A stretch of 64,000 nucleotides of DNA from an uncultured delta proteobacterium. GTDB taxonomy: Bacteria; Desulfobacterota; Desulfobacteria; Desulfobacterales; UBA2156. The notes below the pieces were generated by a model, which saw only the letters and a list, made by a program, of their open reading frames with translations, was not told the origin of the DNA and did not search any database. The position numbers and the translations under genes were made by a program. The DNA lies in NCBI GenBank assembly GCA_963736855.1, contig CAVTQK010000015.1, positions 727,345 through 791,344 on the forward strand, given 5' to 3'. This document shows, one piece after another, positions 20,664 to 31,158 of this stretch (position 1 is its first letter; the number at the start of each line of letters is the position of its first letter).

Positions 20664-22138
20664 ATGGCATCGAATCCGTTCCGCATCGAGCACGACTTCC
20701 TCGGCGACCGCGAGGTCCCCGGCCGACGCCTACTACGGCGTCCAGACGCTGCGGGGCGCCGAGAACTTCCCCATCACCGGCCTGCCCCTGCACCCGGCGC
20801 TCATCCGGGCCATGGCCATCGTCAAGAAGGCCGCGGCGCTCGCCAACCGCGACACCGGCCACCTCGACGCGAAGATCGCCGACGCCATCGCCAGGGGCGG
20901 CCGACGACGTCATCGCCGGCAAGCTGAACGCGCAGTTCATCGTCGATCCCATCCAGGGAGGCGCCGGCACCTCGATCAACATGAACGCCAACGAGGTGAT
21001 CGCCAACCGGGCGCTGGAGCTCCTCGGGGAGCCGAAGGGGAACTACAAGGTCATCAGCCCCAACTCCCACGTCAACATGGCGCAGTCGACCAACGACGCC
21101 TTCCCCACCGGCGTCCACATCGCGGCGCTCGACCTGGGCCGGTCCCTGGTGGCAGGAGCTGCAGCGGCTCCACGACGCCTTCGCCGCCAAGGAGAAGGAG
21201 TTCCACGGCATCATCAAGATGGGGCGCACCCACCTGCAGGACGCCGTGCCCATCCGGCTCGGCCAGGAGTTCGGCGCCTACCGGCGCGTCATCGGGCGCG
21301 ACCTCGAGCGGATCAAGCTGGTCGGGAAGCAGCTGCTCGAGGTGAACATGGGCGCCACCGCGGTCGGCACCGGCCTGAACGCCGACCCCGACTACATCGT
21401 CGCGGTCGTGAAGTACCTGGCCGAGTTCAGCGGCTTCCCCATGAAGACCGCCGAGGACCTGGTCGACGCCACCCAGAACACCGACTGCTACACGGAGGTC
21501 TCGGCGGCGCTCAAGGTCTGCATGATGAACCTCTCCAAGATCGCCAACGACCTGCGGCTCATGGCCTCCGGCCCCCGCTGCGGCCTCTTCGAGCTCAACC
21601 TGCCGGCCCGCCAGCCCGGCTCGTCGATCATGCCGGGCAAGGTGAACCCGGTCATGGCCGAGGTGGTGAACCAGGTGGCCTTCCAGGTCATCGGCAACGA
21701 CCACACCATCTGCCTCGCCTCCGAGGCCGGCCAGTTCGAGCTCAACGTCATGGAGCCGGTGCTGGTCTTCAACCTGCTCCAGTCCATCGGCATCATGACC
21801 AACGTCTTCGTGGTCTTCCGGAAGTTCCTGGTGGAGGGGCTCACCGCCAACGCCGAGCGGATGAAGGCCTACGTGGACGACAGCGTGGGCGTCATCACCG
21901 CCATCAACCCGCACGTCGGGCTACGAGACGGCGGCGCGCATCGCCCGCGAGGCCAACCTGACCGGCAAGCCGGTGCGGGAGCTGATCCTGCGCGACAAGG
22001 TGCTCACGAAGGAGCAGCTCGACGCCATCCTCGACCCGTTCGAGATGACCAGGCCCGGCATCGCCGGGCTCCAAGGAGAAGCAGCGCGAGGACGTCTGGT
22101 TCAAGGAACACGGACACGAGAAGGAGAACGCGTCATGA
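20664..22138 (+). CDS. aspA: Aspartate ammonia-lyase (frameshifted)
   Basis: 'RIEHDFLG...YYGVQTLR', '[18 protein letters not shown]', '[10 protein letters not shown]', '[11 protein letters not shown]'; stop overlaps the ansB start (ATGA). Confidence 0.93.
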
Positions 22139-23235
22139 CGACGCGATGCGAACCTGGAGCCGGCACCCTGCTCGTCGGCGGCCCTGGCGGCCGCGCCTGC
22201 CCCTCGCCGGCCTGGCCCAGGCCGCCCAGAAGCTGGCGCCGGCGAAGCCGACCGTGACGATCCTGGCCACCGGCGGCACCATCGCCGGCGCCCAGCCCAA
22301 GGCCGGGCGAGGCCGGCTACAAGTCCGGCAGCTTCTCGGTGGAGTCGCTCATCCAGGCGGTCCCCGGGATGGAGAAGGTCGCCGTCGTGAAGGGCGAGCA
22401 GATCGCCAGCATCGGCAGCCAGGACATGAACGACGCGGTCTGGATCAAGCTGGCGCGCCGGGTGAACGAGCTGCAGACGGAGCCCGGCCGTGGACGGGAT
22501 CGTCATCACCCACGGCACCGACACCCAGGAGGAGACCGGCTACTTCCTCGACCTGGTGGTGAAGGGCGACAAGCCGGTGGTGCTGGTCGGGTCGATGCGG
22601 CCGGCCACCGCCATCTCCGCCGACGGCCCGATGAACCTCTACAACGGCACCGCCGTCGCCGTCGACCCGGCGGCCCGCGGCCGCGGCGTGCTCTGCGTGC
22701 TGAACGACGACATCCACTACGCGCGCGAGGCCACCAAGACCAACACCACCTCGCTGCAGACCTTCGCCTCGCCCAACCGGGGGCGCGCCGGCATCGTGCT
22801 CTTCGGCAAGGCCAGCTTCTACTCGCCGCCGGTGCCGAAGCACACCAGCGGCAGCGCCTTCGCCGGCAACGTGCCCGACGCGCTCCCCAAGGTCTTCATC
22901 GTCTACGCCCACGCCAACGTCGGCCCCGAGCTCGTGGACGCCGCGGTGGCCGCCGGGGCGAAGGGGATCGTGCTGGCCGGCGTCGGCGACGGGAACGGCA
23001 CCGACCCGCTCATCGAGGCGCTGGCCGCCGCCGCCAAGAAGGGCGTGGTGGTGGTGCGCAGCTCCCGGGTCGGCTCCGGCACGGTGGCCCGCAACGTCGA
23101 GCTCGACGACGACAAGCTCGGCTTCGTGGCGGCCATGGAGCTGAACCCGCCCAAGGCGCGCGTGCTGCTGCAGCAGGCGCTCACCAAGACGAAGGACGTC
23201 AAGCGCAGATCCAGAAGTACTTCGACGAGTACTAG
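22135..23235 (+). CDS. ansB: Type II (periplasmic) L-asparaginase (frameshifted)
   Basis: Signal peptide, 'ILATGGTIAG', 'IGSQDM', 'ITHGTDT', 'GSMRP', 'LNPPKAR'. Confidence 0.92.
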
Positions 23236-23244
23236 GGGACGCCC

Positions 23245-24456
23245 ATGAACGAGAACCATCCTGCTGTCGCGCCGCTCGCCGCGGCTGACGCTGCTCCCCG
23301 GCCCCGGCGCCGGCGCCCAGGAGGTCGTGCGCAAGCCCACCTTCGAGGTCTACGGCTTCGCCCAGGTCGACCTCATCCAGGACTTCAAGCGGGTCCGCCC
23401 GGACTGGAACGCCACCCTGCGCCCCACCCGCATCCCCACCGCCGAGGGGCCGTACGGCGCGAACGGCGAGACCGTCTTCAGCGTGCGCCAGAGCCGGCTC
23501 GGCGTGCAGGGCTCGTCCCTGCCGGTGGCAGACGACCTGCTCACGACCCGCATCGAGTTCGACTTCTTCGGACTCGGCGAGGGCGACGTCCGGACGCCGG
23601 CGGCCAGAACGACGTCCGCCTGCGCCACGCCTACGGCGAGTGGGGCCCGGTGCTCGGCGGCCTCACCGCCAGCCTCTTCATGGACGCCGACTTCTGGCCC
23701 AACATCATCGACTACTGGGGCCCGGCCGGCATGTTCTTCTACCGGAACGTCCAGGTGCGCTACACGCCGTTCACCGGCGAGCACACCTTCGCCGTCGCCC
23801 TGGAGCGCCCCGCCACCGACCTCGATCCCACGGGCGGTCCGGCCGGCAACCCTCGCGCCGCGCTCAGCCAGCTCCCCGACCTGACCGCCCAGTACCGGCT
23901 CGCCGGCGGACTGGGGCTACCTCCAGGTCGCCGGCATCCTGCGCTGGCTCGGCTACGACACGCCGGGCGCGGCGGTCGGCAGACCAAGGACAACGCCATC
24001 GGCTACGGCCTCGACGCCAGCTCCCAGGTCAAGCTCATCCCGGACAGGCTGAAGCTCCTGCGTGGCGGTGCTGGGGGCAAGGGGATCTCCTACTACATGA
24101 ACGACGGCGGGACCGACCTCGCCTTCGGGGGCACGCTCGCCGACCCGAACGCCGAGGCGGTGCCGCTGCTGGGGATGATCGCCTACGTCGACGTCTCCTG
24201 GAGCAAGCTCTTCAGCAGCTCCGTCGGCTACAGCACGCACCATGATGGACAACACCGCGCCTCCAGGGCCCGAGCGCCTTCAAGACCGGCCAGTACGCCT
24301 CGGTCAACCTGCTGGTGACGCCGGTTCCGGAACTTCATGGCCGGGCCGGAGCTGCTCTGGGGCAAGCGCACCGACAAGGGCGGCGCCACCGGCACCGACA
24401 TCCGGCTCCAGGTCTCGGTGAAGTACAGCTTCACGAGCCTCGACTTCTGGAAGTAG
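23245..24456 (+). CDS. dcaP: DcaP-family outer membrane porin (frameshifted)
   Basis: 'FEVYGFAQVD', 'SVRQSRLG', 'RLRHAYG', 'FMDADFWPNIIDYWGP', 'PDLTA', C-term 'RLQVSVKYSF'. Confidence 0.8.
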
Positions 24457-24470
24457 CCGGCGAGCGGCCG

Positions 24471-24497
24471 GCCGCGGCGGCGCACGGCCGCCGCGGT
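24471..24497. terminator. GC hairpin between convergent dcaP and aspT
   Basis: ccgcggcgg ... ccgccgcgg inverted repeat; no U-tract. Confidence 0.4.
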
Positions 24498-26042
24498 CAG
24501 GTCATCAGCGCGACGATCACCGGTCCCCACGCGGTGAGGAGGATGTTCCCCACCGCGTAGGGGACGGTGTAGCCGAGCACCGGCACCTTGCTCCCGGCGG
24601 CGTCCTGGATGGCCTTCAGCGCCGGCGGTGGAGGTGCCGGCGCCGGCGCAGGCGCCCAGCAGGATGACCGGGTCGATCTTCAGCACGAGCCGCCGACCAG
24701 CGAGGCCGACCGGCCTGGGGAAGGATCGCCGCGACCACCCCGGCGGCCACCAGGCCGAAGCCGGTCTGGCGAACGCCGGCCACGAAGCTCGGGCCGGCGG
24801 TCAGCCCCACGGCGCCGATGAAGGCCGGCGAGCCCGACGTTGTCGAAGACCCAGAGGGCGGCCGTCGGGGATGTAGCCCGACGGCGGGGCGGGTGGAGCG
24901 GAGCCAGCCGAAGACCAGCCCCATGACCAGCGCGCCGCCGCTGGTCGGTGAGGGTGATGCGCCACCCCGCCGACCTTCACCGAGAGGAGGCCCGAGGAGC
25001 CCGCCGACGACGATGCCGACGCCGACGAAGACGCACGTCGGTGGCCGGGCGAGGTGCGGTCCAGGTAGCCGAGGGCGCTGGCCGGCCCGTTCCACGTCCC
25101 GCTCGTGGCCGGCGAGCTGGAGCAGGTCGCCCCGGTGCACCGACCGTGCCCGGCTCGAAGGGCATCTCGAAGCCCGCGCGAACGAGCCGGCGCAGCACCA
25201 CGCCCCGGCCGTGCAGCGCGGCGAGCTCCGCCAGCGTCTTCCCGGCAGCATCCTTGCGCGGTGACCACCGCGTCCAGGGTCGCCATCGGGAAGTCGAGCA
25301 GCTCGGGTCCTCGATCTCGGGGCCGACGCCGGCCAGCGACTGGAGGAGCACGCTCGCGCCGGACCAGCAGGGCCACGACGTGTCGCCGGCCCGGACCAGG
25401 ATGCTCGGGAGCCGGATCGACCAGCTTCCCGTGCCTGGCGGAGCCGCTGCACGAAGAGGCGGGCGCCGGGGATGGCCTGCTCGACCTGCGCGACGGTCCG
25501 CCCCGCCCAGTGCGGCCCCTCGACGCGGAAGGCGCGCAGTACCCAGGCCTGCGTAGGCCGAGCGGACGCCGGCCGCCTGCTCCGGCCTGCCCGGACAGCG
25601 CGGTCTCCGAGCCGGCGGCTCGCCGCCGCAGGTCGATGCGCAGCAGGCGCGGCGCCAGCGCGGAGAGGAACCAGACCACGGCGGTGGTGCCGACCAGGTA
25701 GGTGACCGCGTAGGCGACCGGGATGTTGTTCACGAGGCGGGCCTTCTCGGCGTCCGGCAGCGCGAGCCGCTGGATGGCCTCGCTGGCGGTCCCGATGACC
25801 GTGGACTCGGAGAAGGCGCCGGCCAGCAGGCCGGCCGCGGTGCCGACGTCGTAGCCGAGGAGCCGCGACAGTCCGACCGCGGTCAGCAGCGACGTGACGC
25901 AGATGACCACGGTGAGGGCGAGCTGCGGCAGGGCGTCCTGCTTCAGGCCGCGGAAGAACTGGGGGCCGACCTTGTAGCCGGTGGCGAAGAGGAAGAGGTC
26001 GAAGAAGATCGTCTTCACCACCGGGGCGACGGCGACGCCGAC
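24497..26042 (-). CDS. aspT: Aspartate:alanine antiporter (AAE/YidE family), 5'-truncated, heavily frameshifted
   Basis: '[14 protein letters not shown]', '[11 protein letters not shown]', two RCK_C-like segments, '[12 protein letters not shown]', '[13 protein letters not shown]', '[11 protein letters not shown]'. Confidence 0.85.
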
Positions 26043-26555
26043 TCAGATCGCCCCGATGACCGCGAAGATCCACTGCGGCATCGGGGCGTCGGGCCACCGG
26101 TTCGCCGTGCCCTTGAAGTGCATCGAGGTGGTGCGTCCGCCGCTCATGTAGCAGTAGCCGTCCGCTTCCCGGCCGCACTCGACCTGCCGGTCGCCCACCC
26201 GGCCCACGAAGGTGGTCGCGGTCGCCTTCACGCGCACGCGGATGCCCGAGATCATCCCCTCCACCGAGAGGCTGGCCGCATCCTGCTTGACGACCAGGTT
26301 CACCCCGGCCCCGCTGATCCGGTCCGGGGCGACCTTCAGCATGACGTCCTTGGTGAGGAGGTTCCCGCCCCAGTGCCCGTCCTTCGTCACCGCCATGTTG
26401 ACGTTGGGGCCACGCACCCTCGTCGCATCGTAGGCGGCGCTCGTGCGGTAGACGACCTCGCCGGTGGAGACGAAGGGGGCCTCGGGCTCGGCGGCCAGGG
26501 CGGGGAGGGCGAGGGCGGCGAGGGCGAGGGGGACGAGCACTGGGAACGGACGCAT
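26043..26555 (-). CDS. Secreted hypothetical protein (beta-rich)
   Basis: Intact 170-aa ORF, signal peptide, GGAG RBS. Confidence 0.7.
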   Translation of the reverse strand: MRPFPVLVPLALAALALPALAAEPEAPFVSTGEVVYRTSAAYDATRVRGPNVNMAVTKDGHWGGNLLTKDVMLKVAPDRISGAGVNLVVKQDAASLSVEGMISGIRVRVKATATTFVGRVGDRQVECGREADGYCYMSGGRTTSMHFKGTANRWPDAPMPQWIFAVIGAI

Positions 26556-26577
26556 GTGGGTCTCCTTGGGCCTGGGA

Positions 26578-27201
26578 CTACCCCGCCTTGTCCCCGACGA
26601 ACTTGTCCCTCTCGTCGCGGAAGAGCAGGTTGAAGCTGGTCAGGCTCCCATAACACCTCGTGACGTAGCCCTGCATCTCCACCTTCTCGGCGTCGGAGAG
26701 CTTGGGGTGCGCGTTCACCTTCTGCTCGAGCACGCGCAGCCGGTCGCGGACCATGACGACCTTGTGGAAGAGGGCGTCGAGCGGCAGCTCCTTCGCCTGC
26801 AGGGACGGGTCGCCGGGCTTCACCAGGATGGAGCCCCCCTCCCACTTGGGCGCGAGGGGCACCTCGGGGGCGTCCTCCCGGAGGGCGTCGCGGATGGCCT
26901 GGGCGAACTCTTCACGCGTCATGGCGAGGATCTCCTCGGGAAGCGGGGGAAGTGGGGCACGGTGGACGGTGGGAGGGCGCGCGGCCGGCGAGCGCCGGGT
27001 CTCGCGCGGGGGCGCGGGCGCGGGGATGGTGCGGTCCCGCCCCAGGTACTGCTCGCAGGCCGGCGCGGTCCCCGGAAAGTCGCCGGTCCTGGCCCCGTAG
27101 CGACAGGGACCGATGGGTCCCCGCGCGTCCTCGAGGATGGGACGCCACCAGCGGCAGCTGCCGCACTCCCTGGGTCCGTAGGCGATTCCCTCGGGGTCCA
27201 T
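26578..27201 (-). CDS. Hypothetical protein: Cys4 N-terminal module + Pro-rich linker + conserved helical C-terminal domain
   Basis: 'CGSC...GPC...PAC'; C-term 'WEGG...FHKVVMVRDRLRVLEQKVN...CYGSLTSFNLLF'. Confidence 0.75.
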   Translation of the reverse strand: MDPEGIAYGPRECGSCRWWRPILEDARGPIGPCRYGARTGDFPGTAPACEQYLGRDRTIPAPAPPRETRRSPAARPPTVHRAPLPPLPEEILAMTREEFAQAIRDALREDAPEVPLAPKWEGGSILVKPGDPSLQAKELPLDALFHKVVMVRDRLRVLEQKVNAHPKLSDAEKVEMQGYVTRCYGSLTSFNLLFRDERDKFVGDKAG

Positions 27202-27315
27202 CGGTGCGGCAGTCTAGTCCCGGCCGGGTCGCCGTTCCACCGCGTCTCGCGCCCAGGAGGGTTGTGGTGACGCACCGGTGACAGCGCCCGGGTATCCTCC
27301 CAATCTCTCCTCCAA

Positions 27316-29122
27316 ATGACCAAGCTCACGCTCCAGCGGTTCCCCGATCGCACCATCCTGGCCCTGCTGCGCGGCACCGCACGCCGCCGCCCCGACGCCC
27401 CCTTCCTGCGCGTCCTCGACCCGTCCGACCGCGACCGGCCCCCCGCGCGACGTCACCTTCGCCGCCTTCGAGCGGGGCGTGCGCCGGGCGGCAGCCTCGC
27501 TCGCGCGCGCGGGTCTCCGCGCCGGCGACCGGGTGCTCATGCTGGCCGAGAACTCGCCGGCCTGGCAGGAGGTGGCGATCGGCGCCCAGGCCCTGCGCGC
27601 CGAGCCGGCCGCGCTCTTCGCCAGCCTGGACGGGGAGCCGGCCCGCGCCATTGCACTTCGGGTGAAGCCCAGGGTGGCCTTCGTCTCCGGGCCGGCCCAG
27701 TGGGAGAAGCTCGCGCCCTCGGCCGGGGAGCTCCGTGCAGGCGGGCTCGAGGCGGTGGTGAGCGAGAGGCCGCTGGCGGCGGATGCCGTGCCGCCGGGGG
27801 TACGGCTCCTCACCGCCGCCCAGGTGTCGGGCGAGGAGGCCCCGACGCTCGACGACGCGGCCTGGAATGCGCTGGTCGACGCGGTGGGGCCCGAGGACCC
27901 GTTCCTCATGATCTTCACCAGCGGCACCACCGGGCGCCCCAAGGGCGTTCGCCTCCCGCAGCGCTCCCTCGTCCACGCCATCGACGCCGGCAATTCCTCG
28001 GTGGGCACGGGACCGGGCGACCTGGGCGTCCACTTCCTGCCCTTCGCGCACGTGGCCGGCCACGACCAGTTCTTCCTGGCGCTGGCCCAGGGGCATGCGC
28101 TGCTCCTCGTGCTGCGGCGCGAGGACATCGAGCGGTCCTTCTCGTTCGGCCCGACCTACGCCTTCTCGGTGCCGCTCATCTACGAACGGTTCCGCTCGGG
28201 CGTGGAGACGAAGATCGACTCCCTTCCCTCCCCCCTGCGCCGCCTGGCCCGGGCCGCCCTGGCGGCCGGCGTGCGGGTTCGCGTGGAGGGGAGCCGGACA
28301 CCGGGCGACCGGATCCTCACCCGGGTGGCCGACCGGCTGGTGGGTGCCCCGCTCCGGGAGAAGCTCGGCGGCAACATGCGTGCGCTCTTCTCCGGCGGCG
28401 CGCCCGCGTCCCCGGCGCTCTTCCGCTTCCTGGAGGGGCTCGGGATTCCCTGCGTCGAGCTCTACGGGATGACCGAGACCGCCGGCATGGTCTCGGCCAA
28501 CGTCCACGACGGGGTGCGGCGTGCCGGGTCGGCCGGCATCCTCACTCCCGACCACGAGGTCCGCTTCGACGACGACGGCGAGCTCCTCCTGCGCGGGCCC
28601 CTGCTCTTCTCCGGCTACCTCGAGCCCGAGGACGCCGAGGGCGCCTTCACCGCCGACGGCTTCTACCGCACCGGGGACCGGGCCCGCATCGACGAGGAGG
28701 GATTCCTGCGGGTGGAGGGGCGAAAGAAGAACCTGCTCGTCCTCTCCACGGGAAAGAAGCTCGCCCCCGAGCCGCTCGAGCAGGCCATCGCCGGAACCCC
28801 CCCGTTCCAGGGCGCGGTCCTCCTCGGCGAGGGGCGTCCCTTCGTCTCGGCGGCGGTCTTCGTCGCCCCGGAGTTCCTGGCCCGGCTCGCCGCCGAGGGA
28901 CGCGACGCCGCCGAGGCCCTCCTGCCCCTGGTGCGCTCCACGCTCCAGGCCTTCAGCGACTACGAGAAGCCCCACAAGCTGCTCGTCATCCCCGGCTCCC
29001 CGGCCGACCACCCCTCCATCGTCACCCCAACACTCAAGGTGAAACGCGACGCGGTGATCGCCTTCCTGGGGCCGCGGCTGGCAGCGGTCTACGAGCCGCG
29101 CGCCAAGCCGGCGGCGGGGTAG
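27316..29122 (+). CDS. Long-chain fatty acid-CoA ligase (AMP-binding; frameshift ~27450)
   Basis: 'FTSGTTGRPKG', 'YGMTE', 'GFYRTGD', 'GRKKNL', 'TPTLKVKR'. Confidence 0.9.
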
Positions 29123-29134
29123 TGCACCGGGCGC

Positions 29135-29869
29135 CTACACGCCCAGCCGATCGAGGAAGTAGGGCAGCATCCTCCGCCACCACGTCCACTCGTGGTCCAC
29201 GTCGGCCCCCCAGTAGTCGAACCAGGCCGGGATGCCCTTCTCGCGCAGGATGGCCTCCAGCGCCCGGGTGTCGGCCAGGCAGTCCTCCTCCCACCTCCCC
29301 TGCCCCACGCCGAAGGCGATGGCGGAGCGCCGGTAGCGGTCCAGGTAGGTCGGATCGGCGAGGCCGGGAAGGTACTGGAGCGGGCTGTTGAAGTAGGTGG
29401 CGTCGTCCCACTGTCCGTTGACGAAGCTCGCGGCCGAGTAGAGCCCGGAGAGCCCGATCACCCCGTCGAAGGCGTCCGGGCGCCGGAAGAAGAAGTTGGA
29501 GGCGTGGAAGGCCCCCATGCTGCAGCCGGTGACCCACATCGTCCCGCGCCCGGTGGCCTTGCGGACGAAGGGCACGAGCTCGTCCAGCACGTAGCGGTCG
29601 TAGTCGAGGTGGCGCCGGGCCCGCTCGGCGGGGGCGACGGCGGCGTTGGTCCAGCTCTGCCAGTCGATCCCGTCCACGGCCACGAGGCGCATCCGCCCGG
29701 CCTCCAGGATCTCGCCGCACGCGTCGACCATGCCGAACCCGGCGAAGTCGCCCATGCGCCCGTCCTGGGACGGGAAGGCCAGCACGGGGCGGCCGGCATG
29801 TCCAAAGACCTCGAACTCCATCTCCTGGCCGAGCGCCGGACTGTGCCAGCGGTGTCGCTCCCCTTGCAT
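29135..29869 (-). CDS. Esterase, alpha/beta hydrolase fold
   Basis: 'GCSMG' nucleophile elbow, 'FGHAGRP', 'DVDHEWTWW'. Confidence 0.9.
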   Translation of the reverse strand: MQGERHRWHSPALGQEMEFEVFGHAGRPVLAFPSQDGRMGDFAGFGMVDACGEILEAGRMRLVAVDGIDWQSWTNAAVAPAERARRHLDYDRYVLDELVPFVRKATGRGTMWVTGCSMGAFHASNFFFRRPDAFDGVIGLSGLYSAASFVNGQWDDATYFNSPLQYLPGLADPTYLDRYRRSAIAFGVGQGRWEEDCLADTRALEAILREKGIPAWFDYWGADVDHEWTWWRRMLPYFLDRLGV

Positions 29870-29882
29870 GCCCTGCCTCTCC

Positions 29883-31070
29883 CTAGACCTTGGCCTGGAT
29901 GTCGGCGGCCGCCTGCTCGAGATCCTCGAGGTGCGGCGAGCGGAGGATGAAGCCGTAGTTCCCGATGGCGGCGCTGAAGACGTCGTTCACCGGCTCGTGG
30001 TGCACCAGCAGTCCCGCGTGGCGCGCCAGCACCTCCTCGAGCGGGAGCGCGTAGCGGTAGCGGTCCTTCCGCCCCACGTAGGCCACGCACCAGGGGCGCT
30101 CGAACCTCTGGGCCACGTTGCCGTGCACGAGCAGCTCGGCCCAGGCCCGGTAGAGGTCGGCGTCGTTCTGGTAGTTCCACATGTCGACGGTCATCCCGCC
30201 GGGCGGCCGCATATTCACCTCGAGTGCGACGAGCGATCCGTCCTTCCGGCGGAAGAACTCGATGTGGAAGAAGCGCTCCCGGATGTCGAAGGCGCGGACC
30301 AGGCGCCGGCCGGCGTCGGCCAGGTCGGGCTCGATCTCGCGCGAGGCGTGGTACCAGACGTCGGTGTCCTCGTTGACCACCTCCATGATCCCGCGGCTGT
30401 AGCGGAGCGAGGCGTCGAAGACCACGCGGCCGTCCCGGTCGGCGAGGCCGTCGTAGGTGACGATGTCCCCCTCGACGAACCCCTCCAGGACGTAGTCGAC
30501 CGCCGGGCGCGATCCCAGGAAGGATTCCAGGTCGGACGCGGCGTGGAGCTTCCAGGTGCGGGAGGCCCCCACTCCCACGTCCGGCTTGGCCACCAGCGGA
30601 TACCCGACCCGGGCCACGAAGGCGCGGGCCGCCTCGGGCTCGCGGACCAGGTGGGCGGGCGCGGCGGGAATCCCCGCCCTGGCGAAGAGCCCCTTCATCC
30701 CGGTCTTGCGCTGGATCACCGCCAGGTCGGCGGGCCGGAGCCCGGGGACGTTGAAGTCCTCCCGCAGCCGGGCCTCGGTCGAGAGCCAGTACTCGCTCAT
30801 GGAGTCGATCCGGTCGATCTTGCCGTGGCGGAAGGTGAGGAATCCCAGCCCGCGCACCAGGTCGTCGTACCGGTGCATGTCCGGGACCCGGTAGTACTCG
30901 GCCAGGGCTCCCTGGAGCCCGGGGCGCAGCCGCTCCCAGGGCTCGTCGGCCAGGGCGAGCGGGTTCGCCCCGGCGTCGCGGAGGGCGACCACGAAGTGCC
31001 AGAAGTTGAGGGGGAAGTGGGGGGATAGGAAGACGACGTTCAAGGGGGGCCTCCGCCGGAGGATTACCAC
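29883..31070 (-). CDS. ATP-grasp (carboxylate-amine ligase-like) protein
   Basis: 'VFLSPHFP', 'KTGMK', 'YPLVAKPDVGVGA', 'FFHIEFF', 'LEVNMRPPGG'. Confidence 0.9.
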   Translation of the reverse strand: MVILRRRPPLNVVFLSPHFPLNFWHFVVALRDAGANPLALADEPWERLRPGLQGALAEYYRVPDMHRYDDLVRGLGFLTFRHGKIDRIDSMSEYWLSTEARLREDFNVPGLRPADLAVIQRKTGMKGLFARAGIPAAPAHLVREPEAARAFVARVGYPLVAKPDVGVGASRTWKLHAASDLESFLGSRPAVDYVLEGFVEGDIVTYDGLADRDGRVVFDASLRYSRGIMEVVNEDTDVWYHASREIEPDLADAGRRLVRAFDIRERFFHIEFFRRKDGSLVALEVNMRPPGGMTVDMWNYQNDADLYRAWAELLVHGNVAQRFERPWCVAYVGRKDRYRYALPLEEVLARHAGLLVHHEPVNDVFSAAIGNYGFILRSPHLEDLEQAAADIQAKV

Positions 31071-31091
31071 GATCGGGCTCCTCCTTCGTGG

Positions 31092-31120
31092 ATGACAACG
31101 TCAGACGGAAGATCTAGGTT
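31092..31120 (+). promoter_or_regulatory. Putative sigma70 promoter for the Tsx-like/uraA operon
   Basis: ATGACA-17 bp-TAGGTT. Confidence 0.45.
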
Positions 31121-31158
31121 GCGTCGCTTCTCTTCACCCACCAGAGGGATCACACCAC

